Of a DNA stretch of 10,835 nt, positions 1 to 7,584 are shown one piece after another. The position numbers and the translations under genes were made by a program. The notes beneath the pieces were generated by a model. It saw only the letters and a program-made list of their open reading frames with translations. It was not told where the DNA came from and ran no database searches. Position 1 is the stretch's first letter. Each line of letters begins with the position of its first letter. Source of the DNA: Candidatus Ratteibacteria bacterium (GTDB lineage: Bacteria > Ratteibacteria > UBA8468 > B48-G9 > JAFGKM01); assembly GCA_046296715.1 (NCBI GenBank), contig JBKBIN010000045.1, positions 1-10,835 on the forward strand. The letters are read 5' to 3'.

Positions 1-1
1 G

Positions 2-199
2 ATATTGCGTCTTGTATGGATGCCTAAGATGCTAAAGGAAGAAATAAAAGAGAGATTTATAAAAAGAGCAGAAGAAGTTGGAATACCTGATTTACTTGAT
101 AGAATTGCAGATGAAACAGTAGGGATAACAGAAGAAGAAATTTTGCCATTTTTACAAGAAAAAAAACATCCAGCACTCCAACTTCCACCAATCATTTAA
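2..199 (+). CDS. acsB: Acetyl-CoA synthase (ACS subunit of CODH/ACS), C-terminal fragment; 5' truncated by the window edge
   Basis: Frame is open from position 2 (ILRLVWMPKMLKEEI...IADETVGITEEEILPFLQEKKHPAL). This closely matches the conserved C-terminus of bacterial AcsB as I recall it (RIVWMPK...IADET.G...EIL..L.EK.HPAL). The TTG at 5 in the ORF track is an internal Leu, not a start. Confidence 0.92.
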   Translation: MLRLVWMPKMLKEEIKERFIKRAEEVGIPDLLDRIADETVGITEEEILPFLQEKKHPALQLPPII

Positions 200-237
200 C
201 CTCTTTGTCTAAAAGTGATTTTTAAATTATTGGAGGA
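184..237. repeat. Imperfect 16-bp inverted repeat (14/16) with 22-nt spacer, spanning the convergent acsB/priA stop codons; possible bidirectional hairpin
   Basis: 184-199 tccaccaatcatttaa versus 222-237 ttaaattattggagga (reverse complement tcctccaataatttaa). Confidence 0.7.
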
Positions 238-2036
238 TTAATCTCAATCTTAAAATCAATCTTTTCTTTCAAGTTCATTATTTCATTATAAGGTAGATTT
301 TCTCCTTTTTTAACTTTAAAAATGATTTTAAAAATTTTCTTGTTTTTTTTCTCATATATAAAATCAGAAAAAAGAATTTCATATCTATTCTGTTCAATTG
401 TATTTTTCAATAGATTAACTCTATTTTCAAGTGTAGGGCTTTTTTTAACAGGTAATTCAATCACAATTATATTTGAAAATGGTGGATAACCTAAAATTTG
501 CCTTATTTTAAGTTCCTTTTCATAAAAAATCTCATATTTCTTTGTTTTTAGAAAAACAAATATTTCAAAATTTGGATTTTTTGTTTGAATTATTATCTTT
601 GCATTTTTGTTCTTCAACCTCCATATAAACTCATTAACAATAAAAAAGAAAATCTCTTCTGAATTATATTCAGGGATATTAAAAAATGATTCTGCATGTG
701 GAAAAATAATCAATCCAAAATCAAATTCACTAAGTATATTTTTCAAAACTGGAGAACCTACAATAATATTTACTTCTTTTTCAATATTTTTTTCTTCTGC
801 CGTAAATTTTTGTATCTTGATATCAGGATATGTTTCTTTCAATTTTCTGTATATTTTTTCAATACCTATTATCCTTTCAATTATATTTTTACTCCCACAA
901 TTAGGACATCTCTTTAAAAAATCTTCTGAAGTTTTGCAATATTTACAATACAATTTATTTTTTTCATTAAGTATAAGGATAGAAGAGCATTTTTTGCATC
1001 TTAATACATGGTCGCATTTTTCACACTTAAATGTTTTTGTTCTTCCTTTTCTATTATGAACAATTCCTACTTTTTTTCCTCTTAAAACCGTCTCTTCAAG
1101 TAAAGAAACTGAAAATTTTGTAAGAAAATCCAAACTTTTATCAATTTGTTCCCATCTTTTATCTAAAATGTAAATTTCTGGTATTCCTTCAAAAGACCTT
1201 TTATCAATTAAAATGGCTTTTTTATTTTTAATCTCAAAATAATCATTTACAGAGAGTGTATAAGAAGTCAAAAATAATGGGATATTTAAAAATTTACATC
1301 TTTCTTCTGCAACATCAACTGCATTATATTTAGGATATTTTTTTTCTCTATAAGAATTGTCTATATAGGAATCAACAATTATTATATTAAGATCCGAAAA
1401 AGGTAGAAAAACAGAAATTCTTGATCCAATAACAATTAAATTTTTACTATTCAAAACTTCAAGATAATTTTCCATTCTCTCTTTTTTTTCTATCTCTCCA
1501 TAATATTTTAAAACCTTTTTTTTTGTATTTTCTTTGATCCCTTGATAATAGTACTCTATCATTGAAATTTCAGGAAATAATAAAAGGATAGAACCATTTG
1601 TTTGTTTTACCAAATCAATATAAAACTCTAACTTTTCTTCTCTACTTTGATAGAGATAAATCTTTTTTTCAAATTTTTGAAATAATTGGGAATGTGAACT
1701 TTTCTCAACTTTTGAAATTTTTTTAAAGTATTTCAAAGGTAAATTCCCTATTATTGAAAATATAACCTGACCAAAAGAAACACAATATTTTCTCGCAATA
1801 ATTTTTAAAAATTCAAAATTTTCATTATTTATCATAGGATTTTCATCATAGATTTTTTTTATAAATTTAAATTCATTTTCTTTTTGTGAAATCTCTTTAA
1901 CACTTATCACAAAACCTCTCCTATTTTTTTTACCCAGAGGAGCCAAAACACGCACAAAATTATTTATTTCATTTTCATATAAATAAAAAAAACTTCTTTC
2001 AAATGGAATATCAAAAACAACTTCAACAAGTTTCAT
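222..2036 (-). CDS. priA: Primosomal protein N' (PriA), short form with degenerate helicase motifs
   Basis: N-terminal PriA 3'-DNA-binding-type domain (VRVLAPLGK..GFV...KKIYDENP); LLLFPEI (motif Ia-like); VIGSRISVFLPFSDLNIIIVD; YNAVDVA; eight-Cys zinc region CEKC-x5-CKKC...CKYC...CPNC at 897-1025; GIEKI; ELKIRQILGYPPFS; C-terminal EINP (DVDP-like). Confidence 0.9.
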   Translation of the reverse strand: MKLVEVVFDIPFERSFFYLYENEINNFVRVLAPLGKKNRRGFVISVKEISQKENEFKFIKKIYDENPMINNENFEFLKIIARKYCVSFGQVIFSIIGNLPLKYFKKISKVEKSSHSQLFQKFEKKIYLYQSREEKLEFYIDLVKQTNGSILLLFPEISMIEYYYQGIKENTKKKVLKYYGEIEKKERMENYLEVLNSKNLIVIGSRISVFLPFSDLNIIIVDSYIDNSYREKKYPKYNAVDVAEERCKFLNIPLFLTSYTLSVNDYFEIKNKKAILIDKRSFEGIPEIYILDKRWEQIDKSLDFLTKFSVSLLEETVLRGKKVGIVHNRKGRTKTFKCEKCDHVLRCKKCSSILILNEKNKLYCKYCKTSEDFLKRCPNCGSKNIIERIIGIEKIYRKLKETYPDIKIQKFTAEEKNIEKEVNIIVGSPVLKNILSEFDFGLIIFPHAESFFNIPEYNSEEIFFFIVNEFIWRLKNKNAKIIIQTKNPNFEIFVFLKTKKYEIFYEKELKIRQILGYPPFSNIIVIELPVKKSPTLENRVNLLKNTIEQNRYEILFSDFIYEKKNKKIFKIIFKVKKGENLPYNEIMNLKEKIDFKIEINPPII

Positions 2037-2046
2037 AATTTGTAAT

Positions 2047-2928
2047 TTAAAATTTAATTAAATTGTCTCTCAAATTTTTTATATAAGAAGGAGTAGTTCC
2101 ACAACAACCACCTATAAATTTTACCCCTTTTTCAACCATTTTTACACAGTTTTCAGTGAACTCTTCTATATTTTCTTGATATTCAATCTTACCACTTACG
2201 ATCTTCGGTTTTCCAGAATTTGGTTTTATCCATAATGTTAAATCGGTTAAATTTTTCATTATTTCAACAAGACCTAACATCTCTTTTGAATTCAAGCCAC
2301 AGTTAGAACCAATAATTGAAATTTTATTCTCTTCTGCCCATTTTATATATTGTTCTACTTTTTGACCCATTAAGGTTCTATATTCTTTACCATAATTGAA
2401 AGTTAAACAAGGAATAATAGAAAAAGATGTATTTTCCTTCAATGTTTCATAAGCAATTTTTAATTCTTCAAGGTCCTGAAATGTTTCAAGAACTAAAAAA
2501 TCTACTTTTGTTTCTTCAAAAATTTTGCCAACTTCATAAAAAATTCTTTTTGCTTCATCTATTCTAATCTCTCCATATGGCTGAAGTAATTCACCTAAAG
2601 GACCAATATCTCCTGCAATAAGTATCTCTTTAAATCTATTTTTTACCTTCAAACTTATGTTAACACCTTTATAAATAATATCATAAAATTTATCCACAAT
2701 TTTCTTTTTGTTCAGAATTCTTCTATTTGCTCCAAATGTATTTGTCAGAATAATTTCTGAACCACTTTCACAATATTCTAAATGAATTTTCTCAACAACT
2801 TCTGGTATTTCAATATTAGCAATTTCAGGAGTAATTCCCTTAAAACTTTTTTCCTCAATATATGTACCAAAAGCACCATCTAAAATTACAAACTTTCTAT
2901 TTTTAAATTTTTCAAATATTTCTTCCAT
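2047..2928 (-). CDS. Homocysteine S-methyltransferase family protein (stand-alone MetH N-terminal Hcy-binding domain)
   Basis: Motifs ILDGAFGT, ILTNTFGAN, GDIGPLG, LETF, GSNCG, KPNSGKP and GGCCGTTP, with all three Zn-binding Cys. I prefer the ATG at 2928 (MEEIF...) over the 2961 start in the track because it gives a shorter overlap (17 nt) with the upstream gene. Confidence 0.9.
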   Translation of the reverse strand: MEEIFEKFKNRKFVILDGAFGTYIEEKSFKGITPEIANIEIPEVVEKIHLEYCESGSEIILTNTFGANRRILNKKKIVDKFYDIIYKGVNISLKVKNRFKEILIAGDIGPLGELLQPYGEIRIDEAKRIFYEVGKIFEETKVDFLVLETFQDLEELKIAYETLKENTSFSIIPCLTFNYGKEYRTLMGQKVEQYIKWAEENKISIIGSNCGLNSKEMLGLVEIMKNLTDLTLWIKPNSGKPKIVSGKIEYQENIEEFTENCVKMVEKGVKFIGGCCGTTPSYIKNLRDNLIKF

Positions 2929-5833
2929 CTTTTTGTATAATAGAGATTTTACCGATACCAAAAGGTAAAGTTGAATAATCTAATGTTCTTTCTTTACTTC
3001 TAAACCATTTTTTACCCCAATCAATAAAGGAGTATGGACCCACAAATTCAGGGTTAGGCTCCTTAGTATGATGTGGACCTAATAAATTTCTTAAACTTGA
3101 AAAAAGTTCAATCTCAATTGTGTTTTTACCTTCTTTTATATATTCAGTTATTTCTAATTCATAAGGAGGTAAATAAATTAAACCAGCTTCATTTTCATTT
3201 ATCTTTACTTTTGCTACTATACATTTAAATTCTTCAAATTTCAAAAATGTTCTCCTTTTTTCTTTTAATTCTACATTACTAATTGCTTTCAGTCCTCCGA
3301 TATAAAAAGGATATCCTTGTATATTTAAATCCTCGTCGGTTATTTCTTTATCTTTTTTAGCAATAATAAAATCATTTAAGTAATAACTACCATTTTTATT
3401 TTCAATTTTTCTTGATTTTACAATGAAATTTCCCAATAGATATATATTCTCAATTTCAGTTCCATCTTTTCTAAAAATTAAAGTATTTTTAAATTTAGGA
3501 GGAATAAAAGTAAACTCTATCTCTATCTTATTTTTCCCTTTTTTGATATAATCTTTCGGAATTCTAATTTTTTTAAAACAAGGGTCAATCCAGTGCTCCA
3601 TATTTTTACTCTTTAAATCTTTGTTATTTATCTTTATCGTACATCTTTCTAATTCTACAACAAGGTCTAAATCATTATTAAACTCACACTCAAATTCAAA
3701 AAGTAAACTTATTCTTTGTCTTTTATTTTCTTTTTCTAATATTTCCTGAATCTGTAATACTGGCATCTTTCCAGAAAATCTTTTGTCTTTTTTCCTTTTA
3801 AACTTACAAAAATCAATAACCAGAATATTTTCAGAATTTAATTCAATCTTCCAGTTTTTAATATCAAATTTTAAAACTTCTTCCCCTCTTTTATTTTCTT
3901 TAAGAATTGACGGTTTATCAGTTTTATCAATTAGAAAGAGAGAAGAACCAATCGGTGGAAAGAATTCTTCAATTAAAATTCCATTGTTTTGTTTTTTTAC
4001 ATCTATGGCACTTATTTCTCCTTTAAATGGATCCAGTTTATATACTTTTCCTTCATATTTCAAATTTATAAAAACTTTGTAAGACTTTTCAAGCGAGATA
4101 TTATTTAAAAAAATCACTTCAATATCTTCTTCCATCTTCCTTCTATGAATGAAGATATCAGAAATCACCTCATTATTTTCTCCATAAATTTCAAAATCTC
4201 TTTTAACATACTTGTTTAATTTTTCAATTAAAGATTGAATAGAAGAGTATAAAATACATTCATTTTTAATATCTATGTTTTCCTTCTTTCCCTCTACTAA
4301 ATATGGAAAGAATACCTCTGATGCAAAAACATAACCTCCCTGACTTATAAATTTTTTAATCAGTTCAATTGTTTTTTTTCTCAAACTTACTAATGGAGGT
4401 AAAATCAAATAATCATATTCACACCTTCCAACTCTAAATTTCCCATCTATCACTTCTCCATATTTTTCAATCAAGTTTTCATTCCCAAATTCATATTCAA
4501 AGTTATTTTCAAGAAGTTTTTGTGTTATTTGAACAAGAAATTCATCATAATCTTTAAGTTTTTTAGAACCTCTCAAAGCCCATGCAGTTTCAATAGGATG
4601 AATAACAAGAATATTTGATATAAATTTTCCATTGCTCATAATAAAATTCATTCTTGCAAAATAATCTTCAAGTTCTTTTTGATATTTCCAGTAAGGTTGA
4701 TGATGAGAAATTGTTGGTGGGAAATCTCTTTTTCTACAGCCTTTTAATGAATATAAATATAAATGAGGACAGAAAAAGTTTACTCCAAGTGAAAAATGCC
4801 AATCGCCTATCCACTTTCTTTCTGCAAGTGTAAAATTCTGACCTGAACAACCATATAATTCACTTAATACTCTTTCTTTCCCAAGTTGATTTGCAACAGA
4901 ACTACATTGTTTTAAAGTTAATGGATTGTTTAAATTTCTTCCAAGATGATCAACACCTGGCCATTGCATAAATTCATATAAACTCATAGCATCTCCAATT
5001 GAATCTATTTGGCTAATTAAATTATCTTCTTTTAAATAATGGCCTGTTAAAAAAATCTTATTTTTTTCACAAAAATTGTATATATTTTCACCAAAATTTT
5101 TGACAAAAAGATCTGTTATTAACCTTGAGTATTGATATCTCAATAATTCAAAACCATTTTTCTCTTCAATAAGTAAGTTTATTTTTTGATAAATATCATA
5201 ACCATACTTTTGTTTGAATATCTTCCTAAAATTTTTTGACCAAGGGAAATAATAAGAATTTTGTGATTTTTTTACTACTCTATTGTGAAAATAATTGGAC
5301 TCGTCTGTAAAAATTGCAGGTATCGTATCGGGAATATAATTTTTTAAAAATTTAACATATTTTTCATATGTTGATCTTATAAAATCATTAACTGTTTTTT
5401 CATTCATTGTATCTATATAAGTTAAACCATTGTACCAATCAGATTTTTCTCCTTCTATAACTTTTTTACACCATTTCTTCCCCTTTTTCCAAATTTTTAA
5501 GATTTTAATCCTATTTTCCTTTTTCTTTGAAACAATCCCTCCTGCAAAACCACTTGGCCATCTATCTTCATCGTATAAATACATCTTCATCCCTTTTTGT
5601 TTCGCATATTTAACCGTCTCTCTTACACATTCCATCCATTCATCTGATAGGTAAGGTGTAATAAGACCAATCCTTGAATGAATAAAAGCTCCTCCAAAAC
5701 CACCTTCTTCCATTTTGTCTATTTGAAACTTCAATTGTTCAATTTTTAAATCATCGTTCCAAGACCAGAAAGGAGCACTCTTGTAAATAGAATCTGGGTT
5801 TTTAAATCCGTCAATCAATCTTTTTTCTATCAT
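2912..5833 (-). CDS. Large glycoside hydrolase, GH106 (alpha-L-rhamnosidase-like) family, with C-terminal GH2-type beta-sandwich/sugar-binding domain
   Basis: SAPFWSWND, GGFGGAFIHSRIGL, YLYDEDRWPSGFAGG, IFTDE, LTGH, PGVDHL, SELYG, LGVN..CPH, DFPP; C-terminal GYPFYIG...VKINE..AG....PPYELEIT....GKNTIEIEL. No signal peptide is visible. Substrate is uncertain. Confidence 0.8.
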   Translation of the reverse strand: MIEKRLIDGFKNPDSIYKSAPFWSWNDDLKIEQLKFQIDKMEEGGFGGAFIHSRIGLITPYLSDEWMECVRETVKYAKQKGMKMYLYDEDRWPSGFAGGIVSKKKENRIKILKIWKKGKKWCKKVIEGEKSDWYNGLTYIDTMNEKTVNDFIRSTYEKYVKFLKNYIPDTIPAIFTDESNYFHNRVVKKSQNSYYFPWSKNFRKIFKQKYGYDIYQKINLLIEEKNGFELLRYQYSRLITDLFVKNFGENIYNFCEKNKIFLTGHYLKEDNLISQIDSIGDAMSLYEFMQWPGVDHLGRNLNNPLTLKQCSSVANQLGKERVLSELYGCSGQNFTLAERKWIGDWHFSLGVNFFCPHLYLYSLKGCRKRDFPPTISHHQPYWKYQKELEDYFARMNFIMSNGKFISNILVIHPIETAWALRGSKKLKDYDEFLVQITQKLLENNFEYEFGNENLIEKYGEVIDGKFRVGRCEYDYLILPPLVSLRKKTIELIKKFISQGGYVFASEVFFPYLVEGKKENIDIKNECILYSSIQSLIEKLNKYVKRDFEIYGENNEVISDIFIHRRKMEEDIEVIFLNNISLEKSYKVFINLKYEGKVYKLDPFKGEISAIDVKKQNNGILIEEFFPPIGSSLFLIDKTDKPSILKENKRGEEVLKFDIKNWKIELNSENILVIDFCKFKRKKDKRFSGKMPVLQIQEILEKENKRQRISLLFEFECEFNNDLDLVVELERCTIKINNKDLKSKNMEHWIDPCFKKIRIPKDYIKKGKNKIEIEFTFIPPKFKNTLIFRKDGTEIENIYLLGNFIVKSRKIENKNGSYYLNDFIIAKKDKEITDEDLNIQGYPFYIGGLKAISNVELKEKRRTFLKFEEFKCIVAKVKINENEAGLIYLPPYELEITEYIKEGKNTIEIELFSSLRNLLGPHHTKEPNPEFVGPYSFIDWGKKWFRSKERTLDYSTLPFGIGKISIIQKDGRNI

Positions 5834-6707
5834 TATCTTTCTCCTTTTTGGTAGAATCCCTAAACCCTGAAATAAAACAATAAAGAAGATTACCTATTTT
5901 AGATATATTGTAACCACCTTCTAAAACCAAAAACATTTTTTTCTCAAGATTGAATATTTTTTTACCAATAATGTAATAATCAGTTTCGGTTAAAGAAAGT
6001 TGTAATAAAGGATCTTCTTTAAAAGTATCAAAACCACAAGAAATTGCAACAATATCTGGCGAAAAGTTTTTTATTATATCAAGTGCAATATCAAGTTTTT
6101 CAATGTATTTTTTTGAACTCGAAAAAGGAGGAATAGGAAAATTATAACAGTTCTCAAAAGAATATTTACCCGTTCCTGGATATGCAGGAAATTGATGAAT
6201 TGAAACATATATTACATTTTCTTCCCCTCTTAAAATCTCTTCTGTCCCGTTTCCATGATGTCCATCAATGTCAAGAACTGCCACTCTATAGTTTTTTAAT
6301 AAAAGTTTTTTTACAGCAATTGCTATATTATTAAAATAACAAAAACCTCCAAGATTATTTTTTCCTGAATGATGTCCTGGAGGCCTACCAAGGGAAAAAC
6401 CAATTTTCCCTTCAAGAGAAATCTCACTTGCTTTTATAGAAGCACCAGCAGATAAACAAGCATAGTAAAATATATCTGGTATATTTGGACAATCAGGGTC
6501 AAAAAAATTATTTTCTTTTACCTTTTTAACAAGTTCATAACTATGAACAAGGTATAAATCTTCTTCTTGACAGGGTTCTGGTTTTATAAATTTAAAATTA
6601 CCCTTTTTACAAAGATAATTAATTATTTTTTCTATCCTTTCAGGTGATTCTGGATGCGAATCTTCTTTATATTTTAGAAATTCTTCAGAGTAAACAAACT
6701 CAATCAT
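5811..6707 (-). CDS. Histone deacetylase family Zn-dependent amidohydrolase (AcuC/acetylpolyamine amidohydrolase-like)
   Basis: HPESPERI, RPPGHH, GFCYFNNIAIA, DIDGHHGNGT, SIHQ...YPGTG, SCGFD...DPL and LEGGY; catalytic His pair, Zn ligands and Tyr are all present. Confidence 0.93.
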   Translation of the reverse strand: MIEFVYSEEFLKYKEDSHPESPERIEKIINYLCKKGNFKFIKPEPCQEEDLYLVHSYELVKKVKENNFFDPDCPNIPDIFYYACLSAGASIKASEISLEGKIGFSLGRPPGHHSGKNNLGGFCYFNNIAIAVKKLLLKNYRVAVLDIDGHHGNGTEEILRGEENVIYVSIHQFPAYPGTGKYSFENCYNFPIPPFSSSKKYIEKLDIALDIIKNFSPDIVAISCGFDTFKEDPLLQLSLTETDYYIIGKKIFNLEKKMFLVLEGGYNISKIGNLLYCFISGFRDSTKKEKDNDRKKID

Positions 6708-7462
6708 TCAATTTTCCTGGTTTCAAGGATGTAAACAATTCCTTCCATACTTTCAAATCTATTTTTAGGTTCAGTGTCTGTTGCTATTTTAATTATATTT
6801 TTTATTTTATCATTTAAAGGAATTTTCAGTTCATTATAAATTTTCTCAATTGTCTTTCCAAATGAATATATATCACTCTTTTCATCACCTACACTCCCTT
6901 TATAAATTTCTGGTGCAACATATCCTTCAGTCCCTCCTTTAAACTTGTCCCTGTTAAAAATCCATTTCTCTGTTTTTGAAAGACCAAAGTCTGTGATTTT
7001 AATCTTTTCAAGAGAATAGGTTATCAAAATATTTGAAGGATTAATATCTTTATGAACTATACCGTGTTTGTGAATATATGAAATACCCTTTGCTACTTTT
7101 ACAATTATATCAATTATATTTTTTTCATTAAAAATGTTTTTTTTAGTCCTTATCGCTTTCATTAAATCTGTATCAAGGTATTCCATCAAAATAAAGAAAT
7201 TCCCATCCTCCTTAATTACATCAAAAACTTTGACTATATTTGGATGTTCAAGTGACTTTGCAATCTTACCTTCTTTTATAAACTGTCTAATTTGATTTCT
7301 TTCAAGCCTTCTTGGATGTAAAACTTTGACAGCAATAACTGAATTATATAAAGGGAATGGATCTATTGACTCTGCTCTATAAACAGTTGAAAATCCACCA
7401 GAACCAACCATTTCTTTTAAAATATAATTTTTTATCACATAACCAGGTCTTATTTTCTCCAT
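6704..7462 (-). CDS. Serine/threonine protein kinase (Hanks type), single cytoplasmic domain
   Basis: GSGGFSTVY glycine loop, IAVK, helix C Glu (FIKEG), HPNIV, HKDINPSN catalytic loop, DFG, GTEGYVAPE, SDIYSFG, P..R. AGAGGAG RBS 5 nt upstream; ATGA overlap with the deacetylase gene at 6704-6707. Confidence 0.92.
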   Translation of the reverse strand: MEKIRPGYVIKNYILKEMVGSGGFSTVYRAESIDPFPLYNSVIAVKVLHPRRLERNQIRQFIKEGKIAKSLEHPNIVKVFDVIKEDGNFFILMEYLDTDLMKAIRTKKNIFNEKNIIDIIVKVAKGISYIHKHGIVHKDINPSNILITYSLEKIKITDFGLSKTEKWIFNRDKFKGGTEGYVAPEIYKGSVGDEKSDIYSFGKTIEKIYNELKIPLNDKIKNIIKIATDTEPKNRFESMEGIVYILETRKIE

Positions 7463-7584
7463 TTTTTCTCCTCTAACATTTTTTTATTATAAACCATTCT
7501 TATTTTTTTTCCACTATTCTTAAAATTATTTCTCATTTTAAAAATTACAGGTAAAATAAAGATAAGAAAAAGGGGAAATTTAAA
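7463..7584. promoter_or_regulatory. Divergent promoter region between kinase operon and PilZ gene
   Basis: Only sizeable intergenic gap (122 bp). Minus strand: exact TATAAT at 7486-7491 and RBS AGAGGAG at 7468-7474, with a weak -35. Plus strand: TTCTCA (7530-7535), 16 nt, TAAAAT (7552-7557), RBS AGGGGA at 7571-7576. The AT-rich background lowers specificity. Confidence 0.55.

Noticed and set aside
607..1059. Plus-strand ORFs 607-1059 (150 aa) and 696-917 (73 aa)
   Set aside because: Entirely antisense to priA; Phe/Ile/Ser-rich composition typical of shadow frames of Lys/Glu-rich genes; no motifs.
222..2036. priA as a pseudogene
   Set aside because: No frameshift or internal stop, and zinc ligands and terminal domains are retained; loss is concentrated in catalytic motifs.
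2929..2961. Longer 304-aa start for the methyltransferase
   Set aside because: Non-ATG start with a 50-nt overlap; the ATG at 2928 fits the expected domain start better.
3783..4082. Plus-strand ORF, 99 aa
   Set aside because: Antisense shadow inside the glycoside hydrolase gene; no recognisable motif.
5430..5654. Plus-strand ORF, 74 aa, hydrophobic-looking
   Set aside because: Phe richness simply mirrors Lys codons of the glycoside hydrolase on the other strand.
6704..7462. Kinase as part of an anti-phage or toxin-antitoxin system
   Set aside because: Not HipA-like; no antitoxin, nuclease, phosphatase or other defence gene nearby; context is housekeeping.
7503..7510. T8 tract in the putative promoter spacer as a phase-variation site
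   Set aside because: A/T runs of 7-9 nt are frequent throughout this AT-rich window, so it is not distinctive.
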